Of a stretch of DNA of 64,000 bases, positions 11,334 to 19,505 are shown one piece after another. The translations under genes and the position numbers were made by a program. Numbering within the stretch: the stretch's first letter is position 1; each line of letters starts with the position of its first letter. The stretch is from Chloroflexota bacterium (lineage in GTDB: Bacteria > Chloroflexota > Anaerolineae > UBA2200), in assembly GCA_030607875.1 (NCBI GenBank), contig JAUWJD010000012.1:11130-75129 (forward strand). Reading direction: 5' to 3'. Below the pieces are notes generated by a model, which saw only the letters and a list, made by a program, of their open reading frames with translations, did not search any database and was not told the DNA's origin.

Positions 11334-11445
11334 GGGTATATTATACAGTGGGCATCCTGCCGTGCCAACTCGACAGATGCTGAATTTGTCCTGACTAGTG
11401 AATGGCGGTATACTTGATCTGCAATTGCACCAGTCGGAGGTGACC

Positions 11446-12171
11446 GTGGCAATCTACTTGGATTCGGCGATCCCAGATGAAGCGCGCCAGGCGATGAGGT
11501 TGCGCTTTGTCAGGGGTATCACCACCAACCCCAAACTCCTAGCCAAAGTGAAGCGTCCGCCGGGTGAGGTTCTCCGCGAGCTTTGTCACATTTGCCCCGG
11601 GACGGTGTTCTACCAACTGACTGCTGCGACGATCTCGGAACGCTTTGCAGAGGCAGAGCGTATCCTGCTGCTGAACGATGAGCTACAGCGGGAGGATGAC
11701 GAGGCCTTGAACACGTGGCAGCGTGACCTGTCGGAAGGGAAAACACCTCCCTTGAAGCAACTGGGTCGAGTTGGCCTGAAAATCCCCGCTACCACCGAGA
11801 ACATGGCTCTGGTGGCCGACTTCTCGGCGCGGCAGGTGAAGGTGGCTCTGACTGCCATGTTCAGCCTGGCACAAGCCTACGTAGCCTGCGAGGCCGGGGC
11901 CCCGTACCTGTTGCCCTACGTGAATCGCACCACTCGCCTCCGCGGCGACGGGTTTGCGTTTGTGCGGGAACTGGTGCGAGTGTGCCAGGCTGTGGATCGT
12001 GGGACAGAGGTGTTGGCGGCCAGTGTGAAATCCCCGCAGGAAGCGGTGCAAACGCTCCTGGCCGGCGCACACCACGTCTCGATGCCTCTCTCGGTTCTCC
12101 TGGCGATGGGACATGATCCTCTCTCTGACCAAGCGGTGGCTGAGTTTGCACAGGCTGCGTCATCAGCGTAG
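11446..12171 (+). CDS. Transaldolase / fructose-6-phosphate aldolase family protein
   Basis: IYLDSA, GITTNP, LKIP Schiff-base Lys, PYVNR, VLAASVK; GGAGG RBS before the GTG at 11446. Confidence 0.85.
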   Translation: MAIYLDSAIPDEARQAMRLRFVRGITTNPKLLAKVKRPPGEVLRELCHICPGTVFYQLTAATISERFAEAERILLLNDELQREDDEALNTWQRDLSEGKTPPLKQLGRVGLKIPATTENMALVADFSARQVKVALTAMFSLAQAYVACEAGAPYLLPYVNRTTRLRGDGFAFVRELVRVCQAVDRGTEVLAASVKSPQEAVQTLLAGAHHVSMPLSVLLAMGHDPLSDQAVAEFAQAASSA

Positions 12172-12195
12172 CCACCTGTATGCAGGGGTCTTACG

Positions 12196-14538
12196 ATGTC
12201 TTTGATGAGCGGTAAGTCATCTCGTCTTCCAGAGGTTCTATGGTTGCATCTGGAGCTGTCCCAGTATCCAATCCTGGCGGATGAGATCAGGGAGCGGATG
12301 CGCAAGGAGCTCTTCTCTCGCGGGGTCATTCATCCGGAAGACTTTCAGCGGGAGGTCGAAGAGAAGGCTGTTCTTTCTCAGAGGCGCGAGGGACTTGATG
12401 ATCCCTTTTCCCAAGAGCCAGGTGAGATCTGGCAACGGCGCCTGAACCGCATCCGGGACAACCTCACTGATTTCTACTTTGCTCACAATCTTCCCCATGA
12501 TCTCTTTGAGGAAATCGTGTGGGCTGCTTTGGCCAAGGGCGCTCCCCACCGGGAGGTGCTTCTGCAGTTCAATCCCGAGCTGGCACCCCAGGATGTTTTG
12601 TTCGCCCAGGCAGAGAAATACAAAGCACTCCCAGAAGAGGAGAAGGGTAAAGTCCAGCATCACCTGCAGGAGATTATGGTGGTGCTCATCAAAGGGATGG
12701 TGAGTGATCACCTGCCCTTTGTGAGCCGAGCAAAGAACTTTCTCACCCTCTCCAACCTGCAGGAGATTAAGCGGCGCCGCATCGGGCGAGGCAAAATCGG
12801 CGGCAAGGCGGCGGGCATGTTGCTCGCCTGGCAGGCGTTGCAGCGGGAAGACCCTGAAGACCCACTGGACATCAGGGGTCGCGTGCTAATCCCATCGTCA
12901 TACTTCATTGGCTCGGATGTATACTATGAGTTCAAAGCACTCAATCGCCTCGTGCACTTCATGGACCAGAAATACAAGACATGGGAGGAGATCGAAGCTG
13001 AGTATCCTCAGATAGTAGAGGCTTACCTGGGCGGACGATTTCCGGACGGGGTCCTGCGTGGGCTCAGGGTGCTGTTGACAGAAGTAGGGAATCACCCTTT
13101 GATTGTGCGTTCCTCCAGCTTGTTGGAGGACAGCTTCGGCACCTCGTTTGCCGGCAAGTATGACAGCTTCTTCTGCCCGAATCAAAGCACGCCTGAGGAT
13201 AACCTGCAGGCGTTGACCGATGCTATCTGCCGGATTTATGCCAGCGTTCTGAGCCCCGGGGCTCTGCTCTATCGGCGTCACCAAGGGCTTACCGACTATG
13301 ACGAGCGCATGGGGATACTGATCCAAGAGGTGCAGGGCGTGCCCTATCGCAGCTATTTCTTTCCCACCTTAGCTGGTGTGGCCTTCGGTCGCAATCCATT
13401 TCGCTGGACGCAAAGGATCCGTCGTGAGGATGGTTTGGTGAGGATGGTTTGGGGCTTGGGAACCCGCGCGGTGGATCGGGTGCCCAATGACTATCCGCGT
13501 ATGGTTGCGCTGAGCCACCCCGGGCTGAGACCGGAGAAACAGGCCAGGGACATTCACAAGTACTCTCAGCGTTTCATCGATTTGTTGGATCTAGAGGGCA
13601 ATTCCTTCAAGAGCCTGCCCATCGCAGAGGTCATCGCTGGCGACTATCCCTTTATCCAGGAACTGTTCTCCCTGGACAAAGGCGACTCGATCCAGCCCAT
13701 CTACACGAGAGCCGCTGCCCTTCAACCCGGACAGGCCGTTCTGACCTTTGATCATCTTCTGTCCAAGACCGATTTCGTGCCGCTGATGCGCGCGATACTC
13801 AAGAAGCTGGAGCGTCAACTTGACTACGTTCCAGATGTCGAGTTCACCGTTGATATAATCACTGATTCGCGGCGGCCTCAGGTGGGTGTCCACCTCCTGC
13901 AATGTCGGCCCTTGAGCAGCCGCGATTGGGCACAGGTTCCTCCCGTACCTAAGGACATCCCAGCGGAGGATCAGATATTCTCTACCCATCGGTTGGTACC
14001 CCAGGGACACGTTTCGGGCATTCGCTACGTCGTCTACGTCGATCCCAAACGTTACGGCCAGGTACCAGACTATGCGACCAAATCCGAGCTGGCACGGGTC
14101 GTTGGACGGCTAAATAAGCGTCTGGAAGGGCATCGTTTCATCCTCATGGGGCCAGGCCGTTGGGGCAGCACCAACCTAGACCTGGGGGTCAAGGTGACCT
14201 ATGCCGACATCTACAATGCCAGTGTGCTGGTAGAAATCGCTGCGGACAGTATGGGTGAAGCGCCTGAGCCTTCCTATGGTACTCACTTTTTCCAGGACTT
14301 GGTTGAAGCTCGAGTTTATCCATTGGCTCTGCAGCCCGCAGCCGGAGACACGGTCTTCAACTGGTCTTTCTTTGAGCAATCGCCCAATGAGCTGGAGACA
14401 CTCTTGCCAGCGGATGCACGGTATGCTGGCTATGTCAAAGTGATCGACGTGCCAGCAGTTGCTGGTGGGCGATTCCTCGAAATCGTGATGAATGGAGAGC
14501 AGGAGGAAGCCCTGGCTTTCCTGACCGGGCGCAAGTGA
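12196..14538 (+). CDS. PEP/pyruvate-binding (PPDK N-terminal ATP-grasp) domain protein
   Basis: IGGKAAG, IVRSSSLLEDS..FAGKY, GLGTRAV, LLQCRP, GPGRWG, SYGTHFFQDL. Confidence 0.85.
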   Translation: MSLMSGKSSRLPEVLWLHLELSQYPILADEIRERMRKELFSRGVIHPEDFQREVEEKAVLSQRREGLDDPFSQEPGEIWQRRLNRIRDNLTDFYFAHNLPHDLFEEIVWAALAKGAPHREVLLQFNPELAPQDVLFAQAEKYKALPEEEKGKVQHHLQEIMVVLIKGMVSDHLPFVSRAKNFLTLSNLQEIKRRRIGRGKIGGKAAGMLLAWQALQREDPEDPLDIRGRVLIPSSYFIGSDVYYEFKALNRLVHFMDQKYKTWEEIEAEYPQIVEAYLGGRFPDGVLRGLRVLLTEVGNHPLIVRSSSLLEDSFGTSFAGKYDSFFCPNQSTPEDNLQALTDAICRIYASVLSPGALLYRRHQGLTDYDERMGILIQEVQGVPYRSYFFPTLAGVAFGRNPFRWTQRIRREDGLVRMVWGLGTRAVDRVPNDYPRMVALSHPGLRPEKQARDIHKYSQRFIDLLDLEGNSFKSLPIAEVIAGDYPFIQELFSLDKGDSIQPIYTRAAALQPGQAVLTFDHLLSKTDFVPLMRAILKKLERQLDYVPDVEFTVDIITDSRRPQVGVHLLQCRPLSSRDWAQVPPVPKDIPAEDQIFSTHRLVPQGHVSGIRYVVYVDPKRYGQVPDYATKSELARVVGRLNKRLEGHRFILMGPGRWGSTNLDLGVKVTYADIYNASVLVEIAADSMGEAPEPSYGTHFFQDLVEARVYPLALQPAAGDTVFNWSFFEQSPNELETLLPADARYAGYVKVIDVPAVAGGRFLEIVMNGEQEEALAFLTGRK

Positions 14539-14593
14539 GAGCCTCAATCCTACGGACCCATGACGAAGCAGACGCGCCGATGGAGGTGGCCCA

Positions 14594-16195
14594 ATGAGGC
14601 GATGGAATGGATGGGGCGACGACACGTTTGCCTATCCGCTGCCCAACTCGGCAACACCCTTCTTGCAGGAGCTCGTTGGCCACGCCACACCGCCTCGCGA
14701 TGCCACCTTGGGTGAAGTGGTGGCATCGGTGCCGGCCTCGCGTCTGCCTGCTCACCCCCTGGTGGACGCAGATCTTGCTGAGCGCGCCAGGCACGCCCGG
14801 GGCCAGAGCCTGCCGGACTGGATCGCTCTACGCAGCGGGTGCATTCCTGCCTTTCCCGATGGTGTGGCCTATCCCACAACCAATGCTCAGGTTAGAGCGT
14901 TGCTGGACTATGCAGCCAGCGTTGGGGCGCGGCTCATTCCCTACGGCGGCGGCACCAGCGTAGTGGGGCACGTCAACGTCCTTCCGGGCGATGCTCCTGT
15001 GCTCACCGTGGACTTGAGCCACATGAGCCGTCTGCTGCGCTTTGACGCGGTAAGCCATCTGGCAACCTTCGGTGCGGGCGTTGTGGGTCCGGATCTGGAG
15101 GCGCAACTTCGCGCCCGAGGGTGCATGTTGGGGCACTTTCCACAGTCATTTGAATTGTCCACGCTGGGTGGTTGGGTTGTCACCCGCTCCAATGGCCAGC
15201 AATCGCTTGGTTATGGGCGCATCGAAGCACTGTTCGCTGGTGGCAGACTGGAATCGCCCGCCGGGACGCTGACCTTGCCAGCGTTCCCAGCTTCGGCTGC
15301 TGGCCCAGATCTGCGTGAAGCAGTGCTCGGTTCTGAAGGCAGGCTAGGCATTCTGACTGAAGCGACAGTCCGTGTCAGGCCGCTGCCAGAGCTGGAGGAA
15401 TTCCGCGCGGTCTTTTTTCCCAGTTTTGACCAGGGCCAGGAAGCTGTGCGTGAGATGATGCAGGCTCGCCTGCCCCTTTCCATGTTGCGCTTGAGCACAG
15501 CGGTAGAGACCGAAACCACGCTGGCCCTGGCTGGTCACGAAGGGCTGATCCGTTGGCTCAAACGAATGCTGCGGTGGCGAGGGATTGGTGAGCAGCGCTG
15601 TATGCTGATCCTGGGCATCACCGGGAGCGAAGCATCGGTCAGGCTGGGCCGGGAAGAGTCCCTAGCCCTGGCCAGCCAACACGGTGGTGTGCACATCGGA
15701 CGCACCCTGGGCAAGCAGTGGCGTAAGAGCCGCTTCCGCAGTCCATATCTGCGAAACACTCTCTGGGAGATGGGCTATGCCCTCGACACTCTGGAGACTG
15801 CCACGCACTGGGGCAACATCTCTCATATGGTTGAGGTCATCGAGCAGGCCCTGCGCACCGGGTTGCAGGACATTGGCGAGCGGGTGCTGGTGTTCAGTCA
15901 TTTGTCTCATACCTACCCCTGGGGATCCAATGTTTACACGACGTATCTCTACCGCATACCTGCAAATGGCGATCCAGACGAAACGCTGCGTCGCTGGCAA
16001 GTGCTGAAGGCCGCAGCCAGCCAGGCGATTGTGTCTGCAGGTGGGACAATCACCCACCAGCATGGCATCGGTACCGACCATCTGCCATATTTGCCGGCTG
16101 AGAAAGGTCCCTTGGGCATGGATGCAGTGCGGGACTTGTGCCAGCGCTTTGACCCGGGCGGCATCATGAATCCGGGAAAGCTGGTTGACGGATAG
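14594..16195 (+). CDS. FAD-binding oxidoreductase, alkyldihydroxyacetonephosphate synthase-like
   Basis: MRRWNGWG; IPYGGGTSV; GHFPQSFELSTLGGW; GSEGRLG; ITHQHGIG. Confidence 0.85.
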   Translation: MRRWNGWGDDTFAYPLPNSATPFLQELVGHATPPRDATLGEVVASVPASRLPAHPLVDADLAERARHARGQSLPDWIALRSGCIPAFPDGVAYPTTNAQVRALLDYAASVGARLIPYGGGTSVVGHVNVLPGDAPVLTVDLSHMSRLLRFDAVSHLATFGAGVVGPDLEAQLRARGCMLGHFPQSFELSTLGGWVVTRSNGQQSLGYGRIEALFAGGRLESPAGTLTLPAFPASAAGPDLREAVLGSEGRLGILTEATVRVRPLPELEEFRAVFFPSFDQGQEAVREMMQARLPLSMLRLSTAVETETTLALAGHEGLIRWLKRMLRWRGIGEQRCMLILGITGSEASVRLGREESLALASQHGGVHIGRTLGKQWRKSRFRSPYLRNTLWEMGYALDTLETATHWGNISHMVEVIEQALRTGLQDIGERVLVFSHLSHTYPWGSNVYTTYLYRIPANGDPDETLRRWQVLKAAASQAIVSAGGTITHQHGIGTDHLPYLPAEKGPLGMDAVRDLCQRFDPGGIMNPGKLVDG

Positions 16196-16274
16196 AAACG
16201 AAACAGAAGGCACAAGATACAGGATCCGCTACACGGCCCTATCCTGCATTTTGAATTCTGTTTGACGGAGCACA

Positions 16275-17858
16275 ATGATGTGGCAAACTGATTGGCGAGA
16301 CAACGTTTGGTCGCGACTGGACAAAGCCTGGGATTTGATCGTGGTCGGCGGAGGCATCACGGGCGCAGGCATCCTACGCGCGGCGACACGTTTAGGCCTG
16401 CGCACGTTGCTGGTGGATGGAAAGGATTTTGCCTGGGGCACCTCGAGCCGCTCCACCAAGTTGGTGCACGGTGGGCTGCGCTACCTGGCGCAGGGCCAGT
16501 TCAGTGTGACCCGCGAGTCAGTGCGGGAGCGTGAGCGGCTGGTCAGAGAAGGCCCCGGCCTGATTGACTGGACGGGTTTTCTGGTCCCGGTATATGAGGG
16601 CATCTCTCCCAGCAAGCGGACCTTTTCCGTTGGCCTGGCCTTGTACGATGGGTTTGCCCAAAAGTGGAACCACGGCTACTACAAGGCTGATGACTTTGTG
16701 ATGCTCGCGCCGCACATCGGCACCGACAAGCTGCTGGGAGGCTTCCACTACTACGATGCTGTGACCGACGACGCGCGTCTGGTGCTGCGCATGATCCGCG
16801 AGGCCGTGCGCGCTGGCGGCACGGCGCTGAACTATGTCACAGCAGAGGCTCTGCTCTTTGGCAGCGATGGCCGCGTCAACGGCGTTGTCCTGCGGGATGG
16901 ACTGGCAGGGCGCACCGTGAAAGTGTGCGCTCAGGCGGTGATCAACGCTACAGGCGCCTGGGCAGACCGGCTGCGCGCCCAGGTAGGCGCCGAGGCGCGC
17001 ATCCGGCCTTCTCGCGGCAGCCATCTCATCTTCCCCGCGTGGCGCCTGCCGGTGGCGCAGGCCATCACCCTTGTCCATCCACAGGATGGCCGTCCGCTAT
17101 TTGTCTTGCCCTGGGAAGGGGTCACTGTCGCCGGTACCACGGACCTGGACCACCGTCAGTCCCTTGACGAAGAACCACAGATGTCCTCAGAAGAGGTAGA
17201 CTACTTGATGGCGGCATTGAATGCCCGGTTCCCAGCGCTGGGCCTGAGCGCAAGCGATGCTGTGGCCAGCTTTGCCGGGGTGCGCCCGATCGTTGGCTCG
17301 GGCAAGGGAGATCCATCGAAGGAGTCGCGTGCACACGTGGTACTCGAGGAGAAGGGCCTGGTGACCATCGCGGGCGGCAAGCTGACCACTTTCCGTCCGA
17401 TGGCCTGGGACGCGCTGAAGGCGGTGCGGCGCCTGGTGCCAGACATGCCGCCTGCGGACGACGGCATGGCCATGCTGGATGCCATCGCGTGTGACCTGCC
17501 CGGGGCCGAGTCACTGGGTGGAGACCAGCGCAGACGGCTGCTGGGCCGCTACGGCGCGGATGCTGCGGCGGTGGTGGCGGCAGGCAGGGGGAATGAACTT
17601 GAGCCCATAGAGGACACCCCCTACCTGTGGGCCGAGCTTCGCTGGGCGGCTCGAAACGAAGCCGTGATACACCTGGATGACTTGTTACTACGGCGGGTGC
17701 GCCTCGGGCTGCTGCTACCCGAGGGCGCCCTGCCGATGATGCAGCGCATACGTGCCATCGCGCAGCCTGAGCTGGGGTGGGATGATGGGCGGTGGGAAGC
17801 TGAGGTGGCTGCGTACGCGGTGGTTTGGAGACAGGCTTATGGCGTTCCTGCTGCGTGA
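16275..17858 (+). CDS. glpD: Glycerol-3-phosphate dehydrogenase/oxidase (FAD)
   Basis: VVGGGITGAG, GTSSRSTKLVHGGLRYL, DDARL, INATGAWAD, GGKLTTFR. Confidence 0.85.
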   Translation: MMWQTDWRDNVWSRLDKAWDLIVVGGGITGAGILRAATRLGLRTLLVDGKDFAWGTSSRSTKLVHGGLRYLAQGQFSVTRESVRERERLVREGPGLIDWTGFLVPVYEGISPSKRTFSVGLALYDGFAQKWNHGYYKADDFVMLAPHIGTDKLLGGFHYYDAVTDDARLVLRMIREAVRAGGTALNYVTAEALLFGSDGRVNGVVLRDGLAGRTVKVCAQAVINATGAWADRLRAQVGAEARIRPSRGSHLIFPAWRLPVAQAITLVHPQDGRPLFVLPWEGVTVAGTTDLDHRQSLDEEPQMSSEEVDYLMAALNARFPALGLSASDAVASFAGVRPIVGSGKGDPSKESRAHVVLEEKGLVTIAGGKLTTFRPMAWDALKAVRRLVPDMPPADDGMAMLDAIACDLPGAESLGGDQRRRLLGRYGADAAAVVAAGRGNELEPIEDTPYLWAELRWAARNEAVIHLDDLLLRRVRLGLLLPEGALPMMQRIRAIAQPELGWDDGRWEAEVAAYAVVWRQAYGVPAA

Positions 17859-18008
17859 CGGGTGATGCATGATAAGTAACGTTGAGGAGCTACGTGATGC
17901 GGCTCACCATTGACGTCTCAGGCAAGGTACAAGATCAAGCGCACACTAGTCACGTTGGATTGGAGGCTTCCTGCGGTTGTGACACGACGAAAAGAGCAAG
18001 GGAAGCAG

Positions 18009-18845
18009 GTGGAGATTGTCACCGATTGGGCAGCGCTGTGGCGGCGACTTGCTGAGACGCGCTACTGGAGGGGATTCAACCGTCCAGATAGCAGGGAGCA
18101 GGTGGACGTCTGGCGCAGCAAAGCCCGGGAGTATGACCAGAGAATCAAGCGTCGCTGGTCCCAGCGCGATTCAACGCGGGATCTGATCCTCTCCCAGGTC
18201 GATGCCGGCACCACGGTGCTCGATGTCGGTGCAGGGACGGGGCGCTGGTCAATCCTGCTGGCACAGCGCGTTCGCAGGGTCACGGCAGTAGAGCCGGCCC
18301 CGGCCATGATTGAGCTGATGGCTGAGAACCTGGCCCAGGAAAAGATACGTAACGTGGAGATCGTCCAGGGCACGTGGCCTGAAGTGCAGGTGGGGCCACA
18401 TGACGTGTCATTGTGTGCGCACGGGATGTACTCCAGTCCGGACCTGCCTGCTTTCGTGCACGCGATGGTTGCGGTCACTCGACGGACGTGCTACATGGTG
18501 CTGCGTGCACTGGGCGCAGACCATGTGATGGCTGAGATTGCACAGCACATCTGGGGGCAGCCGTACGATAGCCCCAATTTCACCGTGGCCTACAATGTGC
18601 TCTTGGACATGGGTATCTACGCCAACGTGCTCATGGAGGACACCGGGCTGTGGGAACCCGAGACCCATGCCAGCCTCGAGAAAGCCCTGGCGGATGTCAA
18701 ACGCAGATTCGGGCTGGGTGACTCGGATGAATACGATCACTATCTCCTGGGAGTACTGAAGCGGCGACTTGACGCTCGCGGGGGGCGCTACGTCTGGCCG
18801 CGCGCCGTGCGTTCGGCGCTGGTGTACTGGGATGTGAACGCTTGA
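18009..18845 (+). CDS. Class I SAM-dependent methyltransferase
   Basis: VLDVGAGTG, VTAVEPAPAM; probable start GTG at 18009. Confidence 0.8.
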   Translation: MEIVTDWAALWRRLAETRYWRGFNRPDSREQVDVWRSKAREYDQRIKRRWSQRDSTRDLILSQVDAGTTVLDVGAGTGRWSILLAQRVRRVTAVEPAPAMIELMAENLAQEKIRNVEIVQGTWPEVQVGPHDVSLCAHGMYSSPDLPAFVHAMVAVTRRTCYMVLRALGADHVMAEIAQHIWGQPYDSPNFTVAYNVLLDMGIYANVLMEDTGLWEPETHASLEKALADVKRRFGLGDSDEYDHYLLGVLKRRLDARGGRYVWPRAVRSALVYWDVNA

Positions 18846-18855
18846 GCCGCCCATT

Positions 18856-18883
18856 TTGAAAAAGCGTTCGAAGTAGATATAAT
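18856..18883 (+). promoter_or_regulatory. sigma70-type promoter of the metG leader (TTGAAA-N16-TATAAT)
   Basis: Near-consensus hexamers immediately upstream of T-box stem I. Confidence 0.7.
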
Positions 18884-19054
18884 TGCACAAATCGTATGTG
18901 CCAAATGCTGTGAAGAGGACGAGTATGCGGCATCGGATGCCACAGAGAGCTGCGCCAGGCTGAGAAGCAGTGCAAAAGAGCCGCAGAAAATGACCTCGGA
19001 GCTGCAAGCTGAACGGGATTCTTTGCTGCGTTACTAAGAGGCACACGCAGGCAG

Positions 19055-19191
19055 TGTCATTGCGAGCCCGCCGCCGTTCGTCGCCTCAGTCCTGTCGTCC
19101 TGAGACAGGGCGAGCGACGAAGATGCTACGCGAGGGCGAGACGGCCTGCGGCGCAGATGCAGGTGTCGTCGCTGCGCTTCTCGCAATGACA
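19055..19191. repeat. REP/RPE-like palindromic element inside the T-box leader
   Basis: Perfect 12-bp terminal inverted repeat TGTCATTGCGAG / CTCGCAATGACA with internal hairpins. Confidence 0.75.
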
Positions 19192-19340
19192 AGTCGCAGC
19201 TTCGTGCAGAACAAGATGAAGCGTCTCCTAGTAAGCTGAGCCGGGTCGCCCGTCGTTATCCGGGCACAGTGTCGGAAGGCAAAACACTGACTGAGGCTGC
19301 TGATGTGAGTTAGCAGCGAATTGGGGTGGTATCACGAGCC

Positions 19341-19370
19341 AAACCCTCGTCCCTTGGGACGGGGGTTTGT
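19341..19370 (+). terminator. T-box attenuator terminator
   Basis: AAACCCTCGTCCC-TT-GGGACGGGGGTTT followed by GT; overlaps the 3' side of the antiterminator. Confidence 0.8.
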
Positions 19371-19376
19371 CATTCA

Positions 19377-19480
19377 GTAGGGGCGAGGCATTCCACGTGC
19401 TGCAGTGATGAATCGGTGCAGTCAATCCAGCGCAATGCCTGCCGTGCTGCAAGGCTCTGAGTGGAATGCCTCGCCCCTAC
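19377..19480. repeat. GTAG-type REP doublet (REPIN-like)
   Basis: Perfect 20-bp inverted repeat GTAGGGGCGAGGCATTCCAC / GTGGAATGCCTCGCCCCTAC flanking a 64-nt spacer. Confidence 0.75.
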
Positions 19481-19505
19481 ACAGAGGTCGGTAAGGAGGT
19501 CTGCC

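Larger units (their letters stand above)
18904..19370 (+). ncRNA. T-box riboswitch, Met specifier
   Basis: Stem I with GA motif, AGUA, AGAGA box and GCUGAGA distal loop; specifier GAAA-AUG-A (18990-18992); T-box AATTGGGGTGGTATCACG (19319-19336); terminator; lies upstream of metG. Confidence 0.92.

Noticed and set aside
12196-14538. Calling this gene ppsA or ppdK
   Set aside because: Only the nucleotide-binding domain motifs are present; no phospho-His swivel (TSHAA-like) or PEP-utilising C-terminal domain is visible.
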